Sequence record: HQ683709.1
Reading direction: 5' to 3' (one strand)
Length of the DNA: 32,000 nt
Source: Planktothrix phage PaV-LD
How positions within the stretch are numbered: the stretch's first letter is position 1; the number at the start of each line of letters is the position of its first letter. Below the pieces are notes generated by a model that ran no database searches, was not told where the DNA came from, and worked only from the letters and a program-made list of their open reading frames with translations. Positions 1-9,309 of the stretch are shown piece after piece. The translations under genes were made by a program, and so were the position numbers.

Positions 1-113
1 CATAGTAGGCTTGTACTTGCTTTACAATTGGTTTATAGATATCACCTCCGCATCTGGCAATGAAGATTCGCCATCTTCTAAGATTACTTTCATTGCCAGA
101 TGCAAGTTTGCAT

Positions 114-296
114 CTATGTATGTTTGTTTGGTTTCCATCCGGGTAAAGAGGATGGTTTTAAGAACCCCGCATCGGCGTCATCTCTGAAGACAATCGCACC
201 GATGCAAATTTGCCCCTGCATTAGGCATTTGATGTGCAGCTCCCTTTCGGGAACATACTCATAACCCTGTAAGAAATGAACGTAAGAGTCCCACAT
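114..296 (-). CDS. hypothetical small protein
   Basis: 60-aa ORF abutting the stop of the next minus-strand ORF (296..838); same-strand operon-like arrangement. Confidence 0.45.
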   Translation of the reverse strand: MWDSYVHFLQGYEYVPERELHIKCLMQGQICIGAIVFRDDADAGFLKPSSLPGWKPNKHT

Positions 297-838
297 TACG
301 CCACCTCCTCCTCAACCCAACTTTGCTCAACCAAAGCATCAACAGCTAACTGAAACGAACTATGTCTGGATTGGGAATATTGGAATCCTTTACCATGCAC
401 TAACATTTCAGAAACCGCATAATAATCAGATTTGTAGTTCACCACATAGCCCAGTTTGCAGCCGGTTTCATAGATGGCTGTACCTTTTGATTTTGCCAAA
501 GAAACGATTTTTTCTTGAGATAGTTCAACGGGTTTTGATTGTTGAAATTGTTGAATCTGTTCCCAGTAATTTAGAATTTGATTGTCGGATAAGTGGGTGG
601 CGCGACCATCGGTTAACTCAATTCTCACGATATCCTCCTTATATTTGACGGCCACAATCTCATCAGGCTCGTAGCTACAAGTACCGCAGGAATCCCACGC
701 CAGGACTTGTACAAGAATTTCTTTATTGCTTGCCAGTGCCAAGGCTTCTTTCAATGCGGGGGACTGGACTTGATTTGTTTGGACGGTTGTTGCTATCATG
801 GTTTTTGATTGGGTTTTGACCCGTAAGGCGGTTGGCAT
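296..838 (-). CDS. hypothetical protein
   Basis: 180-aa ORF, ATG start, plausible codon usage; a 27-bp palindrome lies about 45 bp upstream of the start. Confidence 0.75.
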   Translation of the reverse strand: MPTALRVKTQSKTMIATTVQTNQVQSPALKEALALASNKEILVQVLAWDSCGTCSYEPDEIVAVKYKEDIVRIELTDGRATHLSDNQILNYWEQIQQFQQSKPVELSQEKIVSLAKSKGTAIYETGCKLGYVVNYKSDYYAVSEMLVHGKGFQYSQSRHSSFQLAVDALVEQSWVEEEVA

Positions 839-880
839 GATTTTCTAGGTCTGTGCCAGCCGCTTTTGATTTGTTATCTA

Positions 881-907
881 CAATCTTATAATGACGTTAT
901 AAGATTG
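881..907. promoter_or_regulatory. candidate repressor operator O1 (perfect inverted repeat)
   Basis: CAATCTTATAA-TGACG-TTATAAGATTG, 11-bp perfect arms, between the HTH regulator gene and the start of 296..838. Confidence 0.6.
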
Positions 908-918
908 TCAAGGGGTTT

Positions 919-1179
919 TCAAAAATTTCTTACCACTACCGAGGGGAACACAGAGCTTACATCACTACCAAGGCTCCACAGTAAAGCGTGTAACTTCTCA
1001 CGGCTTACGGCTTCAACCTCTCCAAGCTCTAATTTAATGATCGTGGGTTCGGACACGGCTCCGTTAGTCAATTCTGCCAATTGACGACGGGATAATTTTG
1101 TAGAATCTCTAATCTTTCTTAGGGCAGTTCCGGCACTTTTGTCCCAGACAATCATCGACACTCGACTATAGGGAACCAT
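919..1179 (-). CDS. XRE-like helix-turn-helix regulator (candidate phage repressor)
   Basis: 86 aa from ATG at 1179, preceded on the minus strand by GGAGAAGGAGAAATT (strong SD). Contains LSRRQLAELTNGAVSEPTIIKLELGEVEAVSREKLHALL, HTH_3-like. The upstream ORF extension to 1317 is probably untranslated. Confidence 0.7.
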   Translation of the reverse strand: MVPYSRVSMIVWDKSAGTALRKIRDSTKLSRRQLAELTNGAVSEPTIIKLELGEVEAVSREKLHALLWSLGSDVSSVFPSVVVRNF

Positions 1180-1215
1180 AATTTCTCCTTCTCCATCTCC
1201 GTTATCCTTTTTTTT

Positions 1216-1242
1216 GTTTCTTATATTGACATTATAAGATTT
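1216..1242. promoter_or_regulatory. candidate repressor operator O2 (imperfect copy of O1)
   Basis: Minus-strand AAATCTTATAATGTCAATATAAGAAAC matches minus-strand O1 CAATCTTATAACGTCATTATAAGATTG at 21/27 positions; lies upstream of the regulator's SD. Confidence 0.5.
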
Positions 1243-1461
1243 TTCATTTACCATAGCAATACTGTAGGAATCTGGCAAGACCAAATCACCAGATTCCTGC
1301 ACCCCCTGAAACAACAAGCCTTGGATCGGCTTTGTAAATCGTAAGGGAAAACCACAAAAAGGAAATGCCTATGGGATGAAAAAACAAAACGGGCAGATTG
1401 TAGAACACCTATTAACCAGAGGGAAGATTCAAGCATTCCCTTTGGTTTCCTAAATAATGAA

Positions 1462-1596
1462 ATGAAAAAAATTGCCAGCCTGATTGCGATTTTCGCAGTC
1501 ATAAATTGTTTATTTTTCTGCGAATCATCACAGAAAATCGGGGAAAATTCCCCGTCGGATGAACAGCCTAAACGGGGAGATGATCGAAGAAGTTGA
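1462..1596 (+). CDS. small protein with N-terminal hydrophobic/lipoprotein-like segment
   Basis: ATG..TGA, MKKIASLIAIFAVINCLFFCESSQKIGENSPSDEQPKRGDDRRS (44 aa); below the length cutoff of the ORF track. Confidence 0.4.
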   Translation: MKKIASLIAIFAVINCLFFCESSQKIGENSPSDEQPKRGDDRRS

Positions 1597-1628
1597 TCAT
1601 CATTTTCCCTAAAAATTTTGAGGAAAAT

Positions 1629-1907
1629 ATGAAGATTTCAATTCCAGAATCGGTAGACGACATCGGAATGTCCCCCGAGGCATTCAGAGTTTATTTTTCG
1701 TTGTTGAGGCACGTCATTGAACACGAGGCATTTCCAACTATTGACCAGATAACGGCGAAATGTTTTAGGAATCGACGCGCGTCTGGAAAAACGCAGGCAA
1801 GACTTGCGTTGCGCGAGCTAATTAAGCTCGGAATGGTTAGCGGTGATATTGACACAGAAAATTATGTCTTAGTGCATCCCGATAAATGGGAAGTGGGGGC
1901 TGTATGA
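1629..1907 (+). CDS. winged-helix/HTH-type small protein, replication region
   Basis: ATG at 1629 preceded by GAGG; internal sequence resembles wHTH (FPTIDQITAKCFRNRRASGKTQARLALRELIKLGMV); 4-nt ATGA overlap with the next gene. Confidence 0.65.
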   Translation: MKISIPESVDDIGMSPEAFRVYFSLLRHVIEHEAFPTIDQITAKCFRNRRASGKTQARLALRELIKLGMVSGDIDTENYVLVHPDKWEVGAV

Positions 1908-3067
1908 AGCGCGATCGCAAGCCAACCGAAAACGGAATTATTTCAATCGAGAAACACAAGAAAAATTACTCGCTTATTGATAACGCCGGACTTCGAGATT
2001 CAAATCTGAGTTATAAGGCTACCGGGCTATGGGCGTTTTTAATCAGTCATCCCCCTGACTGGCAGATCAACGTCAGTCACCTTGCTAAATCTAAAATCGA
2101 TGGTCGTGACTCCGTTTTGAGTGGGCTGGCCGAACTCCATGCCGAAGGATATCTGATTTACCTTCGATATCGGGATGCTGACGGGCTAATGAACTCTCAA
2201 TATATCGTCTTTGAGCATCCCCAACTCAAGGAAAATTACCTCAAGGAAATGACCGAGGAAGATAAAGCAAAGATCGCTACACCTTCCAGTCCAGCTGCGA
2301 TTCGAGCTAATTCCAGAAAGTCAACCACAACGGATTGTCCGGCATGGAACCATAACGGACAATCCGTTGTGGAACCACAACGGACAAACCGTCACGGACA
2401 AACCGTCACGGACAAACCGTCACAGACTAATAATAGATATACCAATGACGAATTAATTAATGACTTATCAATAAAAGACCCCCTAACCCCCAAAGGGGGA
2501 ACCGGAATTTTCTCTCAGGAGGGGGATGGGGAGAACTTGACCGGAGGGGGAGAAGAACGCAGCCCCAATCCAGTTGAACCTCCTCAAGCCATACAACAGG
2601 GCGCACCTGAACAAAAAAGCATTTTATCCGAGGATCAGATACCCTCCGCGCCGACACCAATTTTTAGTGTTCACAAAAAAGAAGATCAAGCTCGGATTGT
2701 TGCGATATACCAATCCAACAAACCCGCCGCGTGGTTGCCCGTTAATAACCTCCACAGGGATATCAGAGTGATGGTGGATAGCCTTTTATCCTCTGAGAAC
2801 TTTCAAGGCGATTTAGAGGCATTTTTGACCCGCTTAGAGAATGCGCTGAAAGAAATCAATGATCCGACCACCAAGTTTGGTTGGTTCCGTAACCAAGGAA
2901 ATCTGGGGTTGAGAACCCTACTATCCAATTACGGTCGGCATTTGATGGAGATTTCTGATTGCTTTCTTGAGCGACAAAAATCACAAACCCAAGCCAACAC
3001 GCTCCCCGATTGGGCATTAGAAGCCCAAAAAGAAATTGAAGCCCGACAACTCAAAAAGGCAGGTTAA
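1904..3067 (+). CDS. phage replication-type HTH-containing protein (DnaD/replication-initiator-like)
   Basis: Large ORF immediately upstream of dnaB; N-terminal LSYKATGLWAFLISHPPDWQINVSHLAKSK..GRDSVLSGLAEL is typical of phage/plasmid wHTH replication proteins. Confidence 0.6.
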   Translation: MKRDRKPTENGIISIEKHKKNYSLIDNAGLRDSNLSYKATGLWAFLISHPPDWQINVSHLAKSKIDGRDSVLSGLAELHAEGYLIYLRYRDADGLMNSQYIVFEHPQLKENYLKEMTEEDKAKIATPSSPAAIRANSRKSTTTDCPAWNHNGQSVVEPQRTNRHGQTVTDKPSQTNNRYTNDELINDLSIKDPLTPKGGTGIFSQEGDGENLTGGGEERSPNPVEPPQAIQQGAPEQKSILSEDQIPSAPTPIFSVHKKEDQARIVAIYQSNKPAAWLPVNNLHRDIRVMVDSLLSSENFQGDLEAFLTRLENALKEINDPTTKFGWFRNQGNLGLRTLLSNYGRHLMEISDCFLERQKSQTQANTLPDWALEAQKEIEARQLKKAG

Positions 3068-3071
3068 CTCC

Positions 3072-3659
3072 ATGGACATTCAAACACTGGCCCAAAACAT
3101 TCAAGACTTGCAAGCGCACTTTAATCATCTTCAAAAACTATCCCCTCGGACTCTCAAGGCGTGGTGCGTTTATTTCTCGGAGAACCTATCAGAACAGGAA
3201 TTAGAGTTAGCCGTTGATCGGGCGCTGATCAACTACGGCTGCAACCATGACCTATCAGCCAAGGAATTAGTTGAATTAGCAAAGGGGAGCGATAAAGCCG
3301 CAATCCTAGACCGATGGGCAAAAACTTTATCGGCGATCGCTAATAACAATCTATCTGGACTGGATGACGCTACCCAGTACGCCATAACTCAACTTGGCGG
3401 GATGTCCTACCTCGGATCACTCCCTAACACCACACTTCAAGGCTTGAGTTTCAGCTTTCAAACCCACGTCCAAAAATATTGGCAATCCCCCCCTAAAGAA
3501 TTTGAGCGCCCGGTTGTGATCATCCCTCGTGAGCAAATCGAGTTCAAGCCCAATGGACTCAAGCCACAGATTTCAGAGGAGCAACGGGCAAGAAATCAGG
3601 AATTTCTAAATAACCTGATCGCCACAAAAATGAATAAAAACTTAAATGGAGCGAAATAA
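3072..3659 (+). CDS. hypothetical protein, possible replication accessory/helicase-loader position
   Basis: ATG at 3072; sits directly between the initiator-like ORF and dnaB. Confidence 0.6.
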   Translation: MDIQTLAQNIQDLQAHFNHLQKLSPRTLKAWCVYFSENLSEQELELAVDRALINYGCNHDLSAKELVELAKGSDKAAILDRWAKTLSAIANNNLSGLDDATQYAITQLGGMSYLGSLPNTTLQGLSFSFQTHVQKYWQSPPKEFERPVVIIPREQIEFKPNGLKPQISEEQRARNQEFLNNLIATKMNKNLNGAK

Positions 3660-5398
3660 TGGAAACAATAATCATGCAAAATGTTGAGGCAGAACAAGCC
3701 GTTTTGGGAGCGATTCTCTTAGACCCCGAAGCTATGGGGCGAGTTGCAGAAACGCTAACTGCTAAATCTTTTTCCCTGCGATCGCATCAAACAATCTACA
3801 AAGCGGCTTTAGCATTACATTCCGAGGGAGTAACCACGGATTTGATGACCGTTACAACCTGGTTATCCGATCAGAAGTTGCTTGAAAAAGCAGGAGGACA
3901 ATTAGGATTAACCCAATTATTAGACCGCACAGTTTCAGCAGTTAATATCGATCAATACGGGCTGTTAATTGCCGATAAGCAAACTCGAAGAAACCTAATT
4001 GAATCTGCTCACAAAATTATTGAATTAGCAGAGGATACCAGTCAACCTTTAGAGACAATTATCCAAAGGTCAGAGGAACAAATTGCTAATATTTCCCAAT
4101 CAAAATCACAACAGGATTTAGTTTCAATTGGTGAAACTTTAATTGATACCTTTCAAGAAATTGAAGATCGGAGCGAAAGCAAGATTCCCCCCGGTGTCCC
4201 CTCTGGATTTTATGACCTCGATGCTATGACTGGAGGATTCCAACACACCGACTTAATTATCGTGGCAGGAAGACCTGCAATGGGCAAATCGAGTTTGGCT
4301 TTAAATTTTGGTTATAACATTGCCAAAAAAGGGTTGCCCGTTGCAGTCTTCAGTTTAGAGATGTCCAGAGGTCAATTAGTCCAAAGACTATTATCGAGCG
4401 AAGCCAAAATTGAAAGTACCCGCATTCGTTCGGGAAACATTCAGCAAGAGGAATGGGAACCTTTGACAACCGCAATTAGTTCCTTAGCAGAATTACCGAT
4501 TTTTATTGACGACACCTCGAACCCAACGGTTAACGAAATCAAGAAAAAAGCCCAAAAATTGCAAGCCGAAAACGATGGAAAATTAGGATTAATCCTAATA
4601 GATTATCTGCAATTAATGGACGGAGGAAGCGACAATCGGGTGCAAGAATTGTCAAGAATTACACGGGGATTAAAGGGGATGGCAAAAGATTTAAACGTTC
4701 CTGTAATTGCCTTATCTCAGTTAAGTCGTGCCGTTGAATCTCGCACTAACAAACGCCCAATGTTATCTGACTTGAGAGAGTCGGGTTGCTTGACGGGTGA
4801 CAGCTTAATCACATTAGCAGATACTGGATTACAAGTACCTATTAAGGAATTGGTAGGTAAATCAGGGTTTCTAGTTTGGGCATTAAACGAAGAAACAATG
4901 AAACTGGAAAATGCGGTTGTTAGCAATGCTTTTTCTACTGGGGTCAAACCTGTATTTACCCTAACAACTCGGCTAGGACGAAAAATTAAGGCAACTGCCA
5001 ATCACAAATTCTTGACAATTGAGGGTTGGAAAAGACTAGATGAGTTACATGGAGGCTGTCCTATTGCCTTACCCAGTTTTACAATAGAAAATAGTGATGT
5101 TTATTGGGATGAAATAGTCTCAATCATCCCTACTGGCGAGGAGGAAGTTTTCGATTTAACGGTTCCTGGACTACATAACTTTGTTGCCAATAACATTGTT
5201 GTTCACAACTCAACAGAACAGGATGCGGATTTAGTGATGATGATCTATCGAGATGATTATTATAATCCCAACACTTCAGACGAGGGAATAGCTGAATTAA
5301 TTTTAGCCAAACATCGCAACGGCCCCACCGGAACAGTCAAGCTATTGTTTGATTCTCAATTTACCCAATTTAAAAATTTAGTACGGGGGATGAACTAA
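3659..5398 (+). CDS. dnaB: replicative DNA helicase DnaB, interrupted by an in-frame mini-intein
   Basis: NVEAEQAVLGAILLDPEAM, Walker A GRPAMGKSSLALN, DYLQLM, SQLSRAVESR and DLRESG//STEQDADLVMMIYRDDYY motifs of DnaB. Confidence 0.97.
   Translation: METIIMQNVEAEQAVLGAILLDPEAMGRVAETLTAKSFSLRSHQTIYKAALALHSEGVTTDLMTVTTWLSDQKLLEKAGGQLGLTQLLDRTVSAVNIDQYGLLIADKQTRRNLIESAHKIIELAEDTSQPLETIIQRSEEQIANISQSKSQQDLVSIGETLIDTFQEIEDRSESKIPPGVPSGFYDLDAMTGGFQHTDLIIVAGRPAMGKSSLALNFGYNIAKKGLPVAVFSLEMSRGQLVQRLLSSEAKIESTRIRSGNIQQEEWEPLTTAISSLAELPIFIDDTSNPTVNEIKKKAQKLQAENDGKLGLILIDYLQLMDGGSDNRVQELSRITRGLKGMAKDLNVPVIALSQLSRAVESRTNKRPMLSDLRESGCLTGDSLITLADTGLQVPIKELVGKSGFLVWALNEETMKLENAVVSNAFSTGVKPVFTLTTRLGRKIKATANHKFLTIEGWKRLDELHGGCPIALPSFTIENSDVYWDEIVSIIPTGEEEVFDLTVPGLHNFVANNIVVHNSTEQDADLVMMIYRDDYYNPNTSDEGIAELILAKHRNGPTGTVKLLFDSQFTQFKNLVRGMN
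4787..5209 (+). other. mini-intein within DnaB (141 aa, no homing endonuclease domain)
   Basis: Begins with Cys (CLTGDSLITLADTG, block A), TRLGRKIKATANHKFLT (block B), EEVFDLTVPGLHNFVANNIVVHN (blocks F/G) ending His-Asn, followed by +1 Ser of the extein. Confidence 0.96.
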
Positions 5399-5827
5399 AT
5401 GGACAGACTTGGTTGGGAAGACTTAGGAGATATTGTTAACTGGTTTTACGAACAACAAAAACAAGGTAAAACTTCCTTTAAAGTTCAAGAAATGCGCGAT
5501 AAATTTAACCTGAATATTCCAAATTCAAACACCCGAATAAAACGGCTTCTTAATCTTGAAATCATCAAGCCACTAACTTACGGCAGATACAAAATCGAAC
5601 CACTGTCGGAAGAAAGAATCCAGGAGATTAAAGACAAAATCCCCCCTAATCCCATTTTTAAAACCTATTATTTCAGGGGAAGACAACATACCGTCGAATG
5701 GATTTACCAAAAATGCAACCCCCCGATGACCCTTCAATATTTTGCTCAAAGACTTCAACGGGGTTGGTCATTAAAGAAAGCATTGGAAACACCAACAAGA
5801 AAATACAAAAGGGAGGTTACACGATGA
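5399..5827 (+). CDS. hypothetical protein
   Basis: 142-aa ORF immediately after dnaB, in operon context. Confidence 0.65.
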   Translation: MDRLGWEDLGDIVNWFYEQQKQGKTSFKVQEMRDKFNLNIPNSNTRIKRLLNLEIIKPLTYGRYKIEPLSEERIQEIKDKIPPNPIFKTYYFRGRQHTVEWIYQKCNPPMTLQYFAQRLQRGWSLKKALETPTRKYKREVTR

Positions 5828-6399
5828 CTGCAACAATTAAAATAATTGAAAGACTTTTAAAAGTCGGTGACTGGGTTGAAATTGACCCCCACAAACGCCG
5901 CCCAAACTATTTAATCAAGGGAACAGCTTGGCGGGTTGAGGGATTTAATACAATGAAACAAACCTGTCAAATAACCAACTGTAAAGAGGGAAGTTGGCAT
6001 AGATCGGAAACCCTAGATTTTGAGGAAGTTTCCGATTCATCCCCATTCAAAAAAACCGATATTGCTCAACTTAAAAGCGACCCTCGATATGTTGGGCGGA
6101 TTGTCAATTGTCGGAGAAATAAAATAACAATTGAATGGGCATGGGGGGGGATCAAAGAATCCCTAGACTCGGACAAAATAAAGCTATTTGTTCGGATGGT
6201 CAGGGGGGAACAAATATTGTTGGGTGATTACGTTTTTAAAGAAGGCGATCGCGTTCACACCAGTGATAAGAATTTTGGCAATGTGATTCTAACTGTTCGG
6301 GAGTGTTTACCTTCTGGGATGGTGGTTTTAAGTTCATCAAATGATCCTAACTTATTACTCCCCGGCTGTGGCTTAACGATTGTTGAGGAGGATTTCTAA
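5824..6399 (+). CDS. hypothetical protein
   Basis: ATG at 5824 overlapping the previous stop, preceded by GGGAGG; ends overlapping the next ATG. Confidence 0.65.
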   Translation: MTATIKIIERLLKVGDWVEIDPHKRRPNYLIKGTAWRVEGFNTMKQTCQITNCKEGSWHRSETLDFEEVSDSSPFKKTDIAQLKSDPRYVGRIVNCRRNKITIEWAWGGIKESLDSDKIKLFVRMVRGEQILLGDYVFKEGDRVHTSDKNFGNVILTVRECLPSGMVVLSSSNDPNLLLPGCGLTIVEEDF

Positions 6400-7439
6400 T
6401 GTTAACATTTGCAACATTATTTACAGGCGGTGGCGGTGCAGATTCGGGATTAGAAGCCGCAGGTTTTAAGTCTGTTTGGGGAGTTGAACGAGATCCTAAA
6501 ATTGCAGAAGTAGCACGATTAAATTTTCCCAATACCCAAGTATTTAATTCTTGCGTCGGTGAAATTCGCACTCATCTCATGGAACGGGTTGATCTACTTT
6601 GGATGAGTCCCCCATGTCAGCAATACAGCAACGCACGACGGGGCGATATTCCTGACCACAAAGATAAAGATGCGGGGCTTTATTGTTGTGATTATATTGC
6701 CATATTATCCCCTCGATGGGTGGTTCTTGAGAATGTCCCAGGATATGCTAAATCGCCGACATTTGAGGCGATATTGCGATCGCTGATTGATTGTGGATAT
6801 CGCTACCATTGGTTGATTCTTGACGCGGCGGATTATGGGGTTCCACAGAACCGGAAACGATTAATCATGTGGGCAGTCAAAAACTCAGAACCCCTCCCAT
6901 ATTTTCCCGAATCAAAGCCTAGAAAGGGATGGTATCAAGCTATTAGTGATTTAATCCCTGAGATGAGTGATTGTGAGCTTGCAGACTGGCAGATTAAGCG
7001 ACTGAATGAACTGGGTTATTTACCAGAAAAAGCCTTGATTGATATTGGGAAACAACTCATTAGACAGGCTACAGTTCGGGAGTCAAACGATCCAAGTTTT
7101 ACTATTGTGGGGGGTCACGTCAATTCGCACTCACCCATCCTGTTAATCCCCCGAGCGGGAGCCTGCATCAAGAATATTCTCCCGACTCCGCAGAACAAAC
7201 CCTGCCCAACAATTCGAGCTATGGCATCGGGGCGACATACCCACTGGGCGGACATCATGGAGGGAAGTCAAGTTAAACGAATTAGTCAAAAAGCGACGGC
7301 ACGGCTTCAGACTTTCCCTGATGATTACAAACTCCCAGAAGCCAAATCTTTAAGCCAACAAATAATCGGGAATGCAGTGCCGCCGTTGTTGGCTAAAGAA
7401 TTAGGTCTGGCAATCTTAAAATCAATTAACCAACCATGA
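6399..7439 (+). CDS. C5-cytosine-specific DNA methyltransferase
   Basis: FTGGGGADSGLEAAGF, SPPCQQYSNARRG (catalytic PC), ENVPGY, QNRKRLI and C-terminal RLQTFPDDY..QQIIGNAVPPLLAKEL motifs. Confidence 0.96.
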   Translation: MLTFATLFTGGGGADSGLEAAGFKSVWGVERDPKIAEVARLNFPNTQVFNSCVGEIRTHLMERVDLLWMSPPCQQYSNARRGDIPDHKDKDAGLYCCDYIAILSPRWVVLENVPGYAKSPTFEAILRSLIDCGYRYHWLILDAADYGVPQNRKRLIMWAVKNSEPLPYFPESKPRKGWYQAISDLIPEMSDCELADWQIKRLNELGYLPEKALIDIGKQLIRQATVRESNDPSFTIVGGHVNSHSPILLIPRAGACIKNILPTPQNKPCPTIRAMASGRHTHWADIMEGSQVKRISQKATARLQTFPDDYKLPEAKSLSQQIIGNAVPPLLAKELGLAILKSINQP

Positions 7440-7867
7440 AAACATTAACTAAAGCCAAAAATAAACCCGCTAAAAAAGGATTTCAACCCGCCCAAAAAAT
7501 TCATGCCAACGACCTCCACACATTCTCTTGTGAGTGCCTCTGGTATGATGCTGCCACCGACGAGGAACTCCTGACCGAATTGTGGACGATCAAACTCGAC
7601 AAACGGCGATTCAGAACAGATGTCCGGCAGGCAATTGTTACGGGGTTGATCTATTGTTTCTTGGAAACCCCCGAAGCAGCAGAGCGACATATTAACCGAG
7701 TATTTTTTTGGAATAATAAATCAAGGGCTTATGAGCCATTGGGGGCGGTGTCAGACTTGCCGATGGACGGATCTAGTCCGGTTGATTTTGAAGCCGATCC
7801 GGTGGTGGCTTATGAGCGACTCAAGGCTTTGTGCGTTGATATCGAGATTAGTAAGTTGGAGGATTAA
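7436..7867 (+). CDS. hypothetical protein
   Basis: 4-nt overlap with the methyltransferase gene; 143 aa. Confidence 0.6.
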   Translation: MKTLTKAKNKPAKKGFQPAQKIHANDLHTFSCECLWYDAATDEELLTELWTIKLDKRRFRTDVRQAIVTGLIYCFLETPEAAERHINRVFFWNNKSRAYEPLGAVSDLPMDGSSPVDFEADPVVAYERLKALCVDIEISKLED

Positions 7868-7871
7868 AAAA

Positions 7872-8192
7872 ATGCCGCAACATCAATTACATGGACTCAG
7901 AGGAACCCCTTTTGCTCTTAAATACAAGTCGCTTTATCAGGAATTAAAAGACGATATCAAAGCGGACGTATTGGCAATAAAACAGGCGACTGGAAAGTTT
8001 ACTATTCGTGATTTTGGTGCGCTATGTATGAAATATCGGGTTCCTGCAACCGTTATGGATGGTTGGCTTGAGTGGGTTTTCCCTTTTAAAGATTTTCAAG
8101 ACAACGATTTCCGATGGTATGCAGGGACTTGGGAGAGGGCACGAAATCGAGGGGTAAAGGCTAAAGATATTGGTGTTGTCTGGGATAAATGA
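7872..8192 (+). CDS. hypothetical protein
   Basis: ATG at 7872 gives MPQHQLHGLRGTPFALKYKSLYQELKDDIKADVLAIKQATGKFTIRDFG..; the N-terminal part of the ORF-track entry overlaps the upstream gene and is unlikely to be used. Confidence 0.5.
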   Translation: MPQHQLHGLRGTPFALKYKSLYQELKDDIKADVLAIKQATGKFTIRDFGALCMKYRVPATVMDGWLEWVFPFKDFQDNDFRWYAGTWERARNRGVKAKDIGVVWDK

Positions 8193-8358
8193 CTCTGTAG
8201 ATGCGTTCTGAGTTATTGATTGTTGATCCAATATCTGACCAATTCCGAGAGGGATAGATTTCTTGAGGATGCGATCGCCTCTAGCCTTTCCCTCTCAATC
8301 TCTGAAAGCCATACCTGTAGCTTGATTCTGGGTTTAAAAAGTTTTTTCTTTCTAGGGC

Positions 8359-8387
8359 TTGACATATTTTAAAATTGGGAGTACAAC
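8359..8387 (+). promoter_or_regulatory. sigma70-type promoter candidate
   Basis: TTGACA (8359-8364), 17-nt spacer, TACAAC (8382-8387), upstream of the ORF at 8437. Confidence 0.45.
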
Positions 8388-8436
8388 TTAAATATACAAG
8401 TTTTCAGGGACGCCGCCGTTAAATCGGGCGTAAAAT

Positions 8437-8925
8437 ATGAAAAACTCCACAACCACTGCCGCTCAAATTTCCAAAAGAATCAATCAATTAAATAGTTTGA
8501 TTGCAAAATTCCCCCGCGTCCGAAGCCTAATTCGGAAGTGGGCTTTTGAATTGACTGTTTTAGAGGGGCGGTTAGAAGCCCTGAAAGCGGCGGCGGTTGT
8601 GGAGACTCCAAAACAGTTAACAATTTGGGATGTAGTTATGGAAAGTGGAACTAAAGAGAATCCAATCAAAATATATTTCAATCCCCAAGATGAATTAGTC
8701 AGCTTATTTCCCCGTGAGGGAGCGAGTCTGGCTAGTGTCATCCGGTTTCATTGGGACTGGATTGATGAGCAAGGAATTGAGCATGACTCAAGAGATGAAA
8801 GTCTTGGAGTCGAAAATAAGTGGGTTGAGCTAGATGACGGCATTCATTTTATTGATGAGGATGGAGCCCCTCTCAACGTTGGCTGGGAAATCCGTAATGG
8901 GGAACCAGTCAAAATCAAACGTTAG
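8437..8925 (+). CDS. hypothetical protein
   Basis: 162-aa ORF with ATG. Confidence 0.6.
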   Translation: MKNSTTTAAQISKRINQLNSLIAKFPRVRSLIRKWAFELTVLEGRLEALKAAAVVETPKQLTIWDVVMESGTKENPIKIYFNPQDELVSLFPREGASLASVIRFHWDWIDEQGIEHDSRDESLGVENKWVELDDGIHFIDEDGAPLNVGWEIRNGEPVKIKR

Positions 8926-8992
8926 TTTTTTGGGCTGGGCGCGATGCCTTAAATCCGCGCAAAAGTTGTCTTGTCGCCATAAGGAGGGCGTG

Positions 8993-9295
8993 ATGCTAGA
9001 AATTTACGAATATGACCAATCAAACATTGACGAATCTTGGTTTGATTGGTCTGGGGGTTTGTGGTGGCCTGACTTTGAGGAGGCTGGGATAGAAAAGTGC
9101 TTTGTTGCCTGGAAAGGGGAGGAAGTCGTAGGCTTCCAAACAGTCAATGGCAGCTATGACTGCGTTGCTATTGAGGCAAAATATCAAGGTCAGGGTATCG
9201 GCAGGGCTTTAGTTGAGCAGTCTGGGTGTTATAGACCAGACCGAAATGAGTGCCCTGAATTTTGGGCAAAAATGGCAGAGGAATTTGGAAATTAG
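8993..9295 (+). CDS. small GNAT-like protein (probably partial fold)
   Basis: ATG after GGAGGG; MLEIYEYDQSNIDESWFDWSGGLWW...CFVAWKGEEVVGFQ...CVAIEAKYQGQGIGRALVEQSG contains the acetyl-CoA binding QGxGxG/A-type motif. Confidence 0.6.
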   Translation: MLEIYEYDQSNIDESWFDWSGGLWWPDFEEAGIEKCFVAWKGEEVVGFQTVNGSYDCVAIEAKYQGQGIGRALVEQSGCYRPDRNECPEFWAKMAEEFGN

Positions 9296-9309
9296 GAGCA
9301 AATGCAAAT

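Noticed and set aside
866-1502. ORFs 866..1084 (+) and 1248..1502 (-)
   Set aside because: 866..1084 is antisense to the HTH regulator; 1248..1502 overlaps the candidate promoter/operator region and has no recognisable domain or convincing context.
2457-2771. ORFs 2457..2660 (-) and 2574..2771 (+)
   Set aside because: Internal to the strongly coding replication ORF in other frames; shadow ORFs.
4717-5001. Minus-strand ORF over dnaB/intein
   Set aside because: Antisense to conserved intein/helicase motifs; no independent support.
8247-8300. Imperfect hairpin GAGAGGGA...TCCCTCTC around a HIP1 site
   Set aside because: 8-bp arms with a long loop and no T tract; insufficient evidence for a specific element, although it could be a weak transcription barrier.
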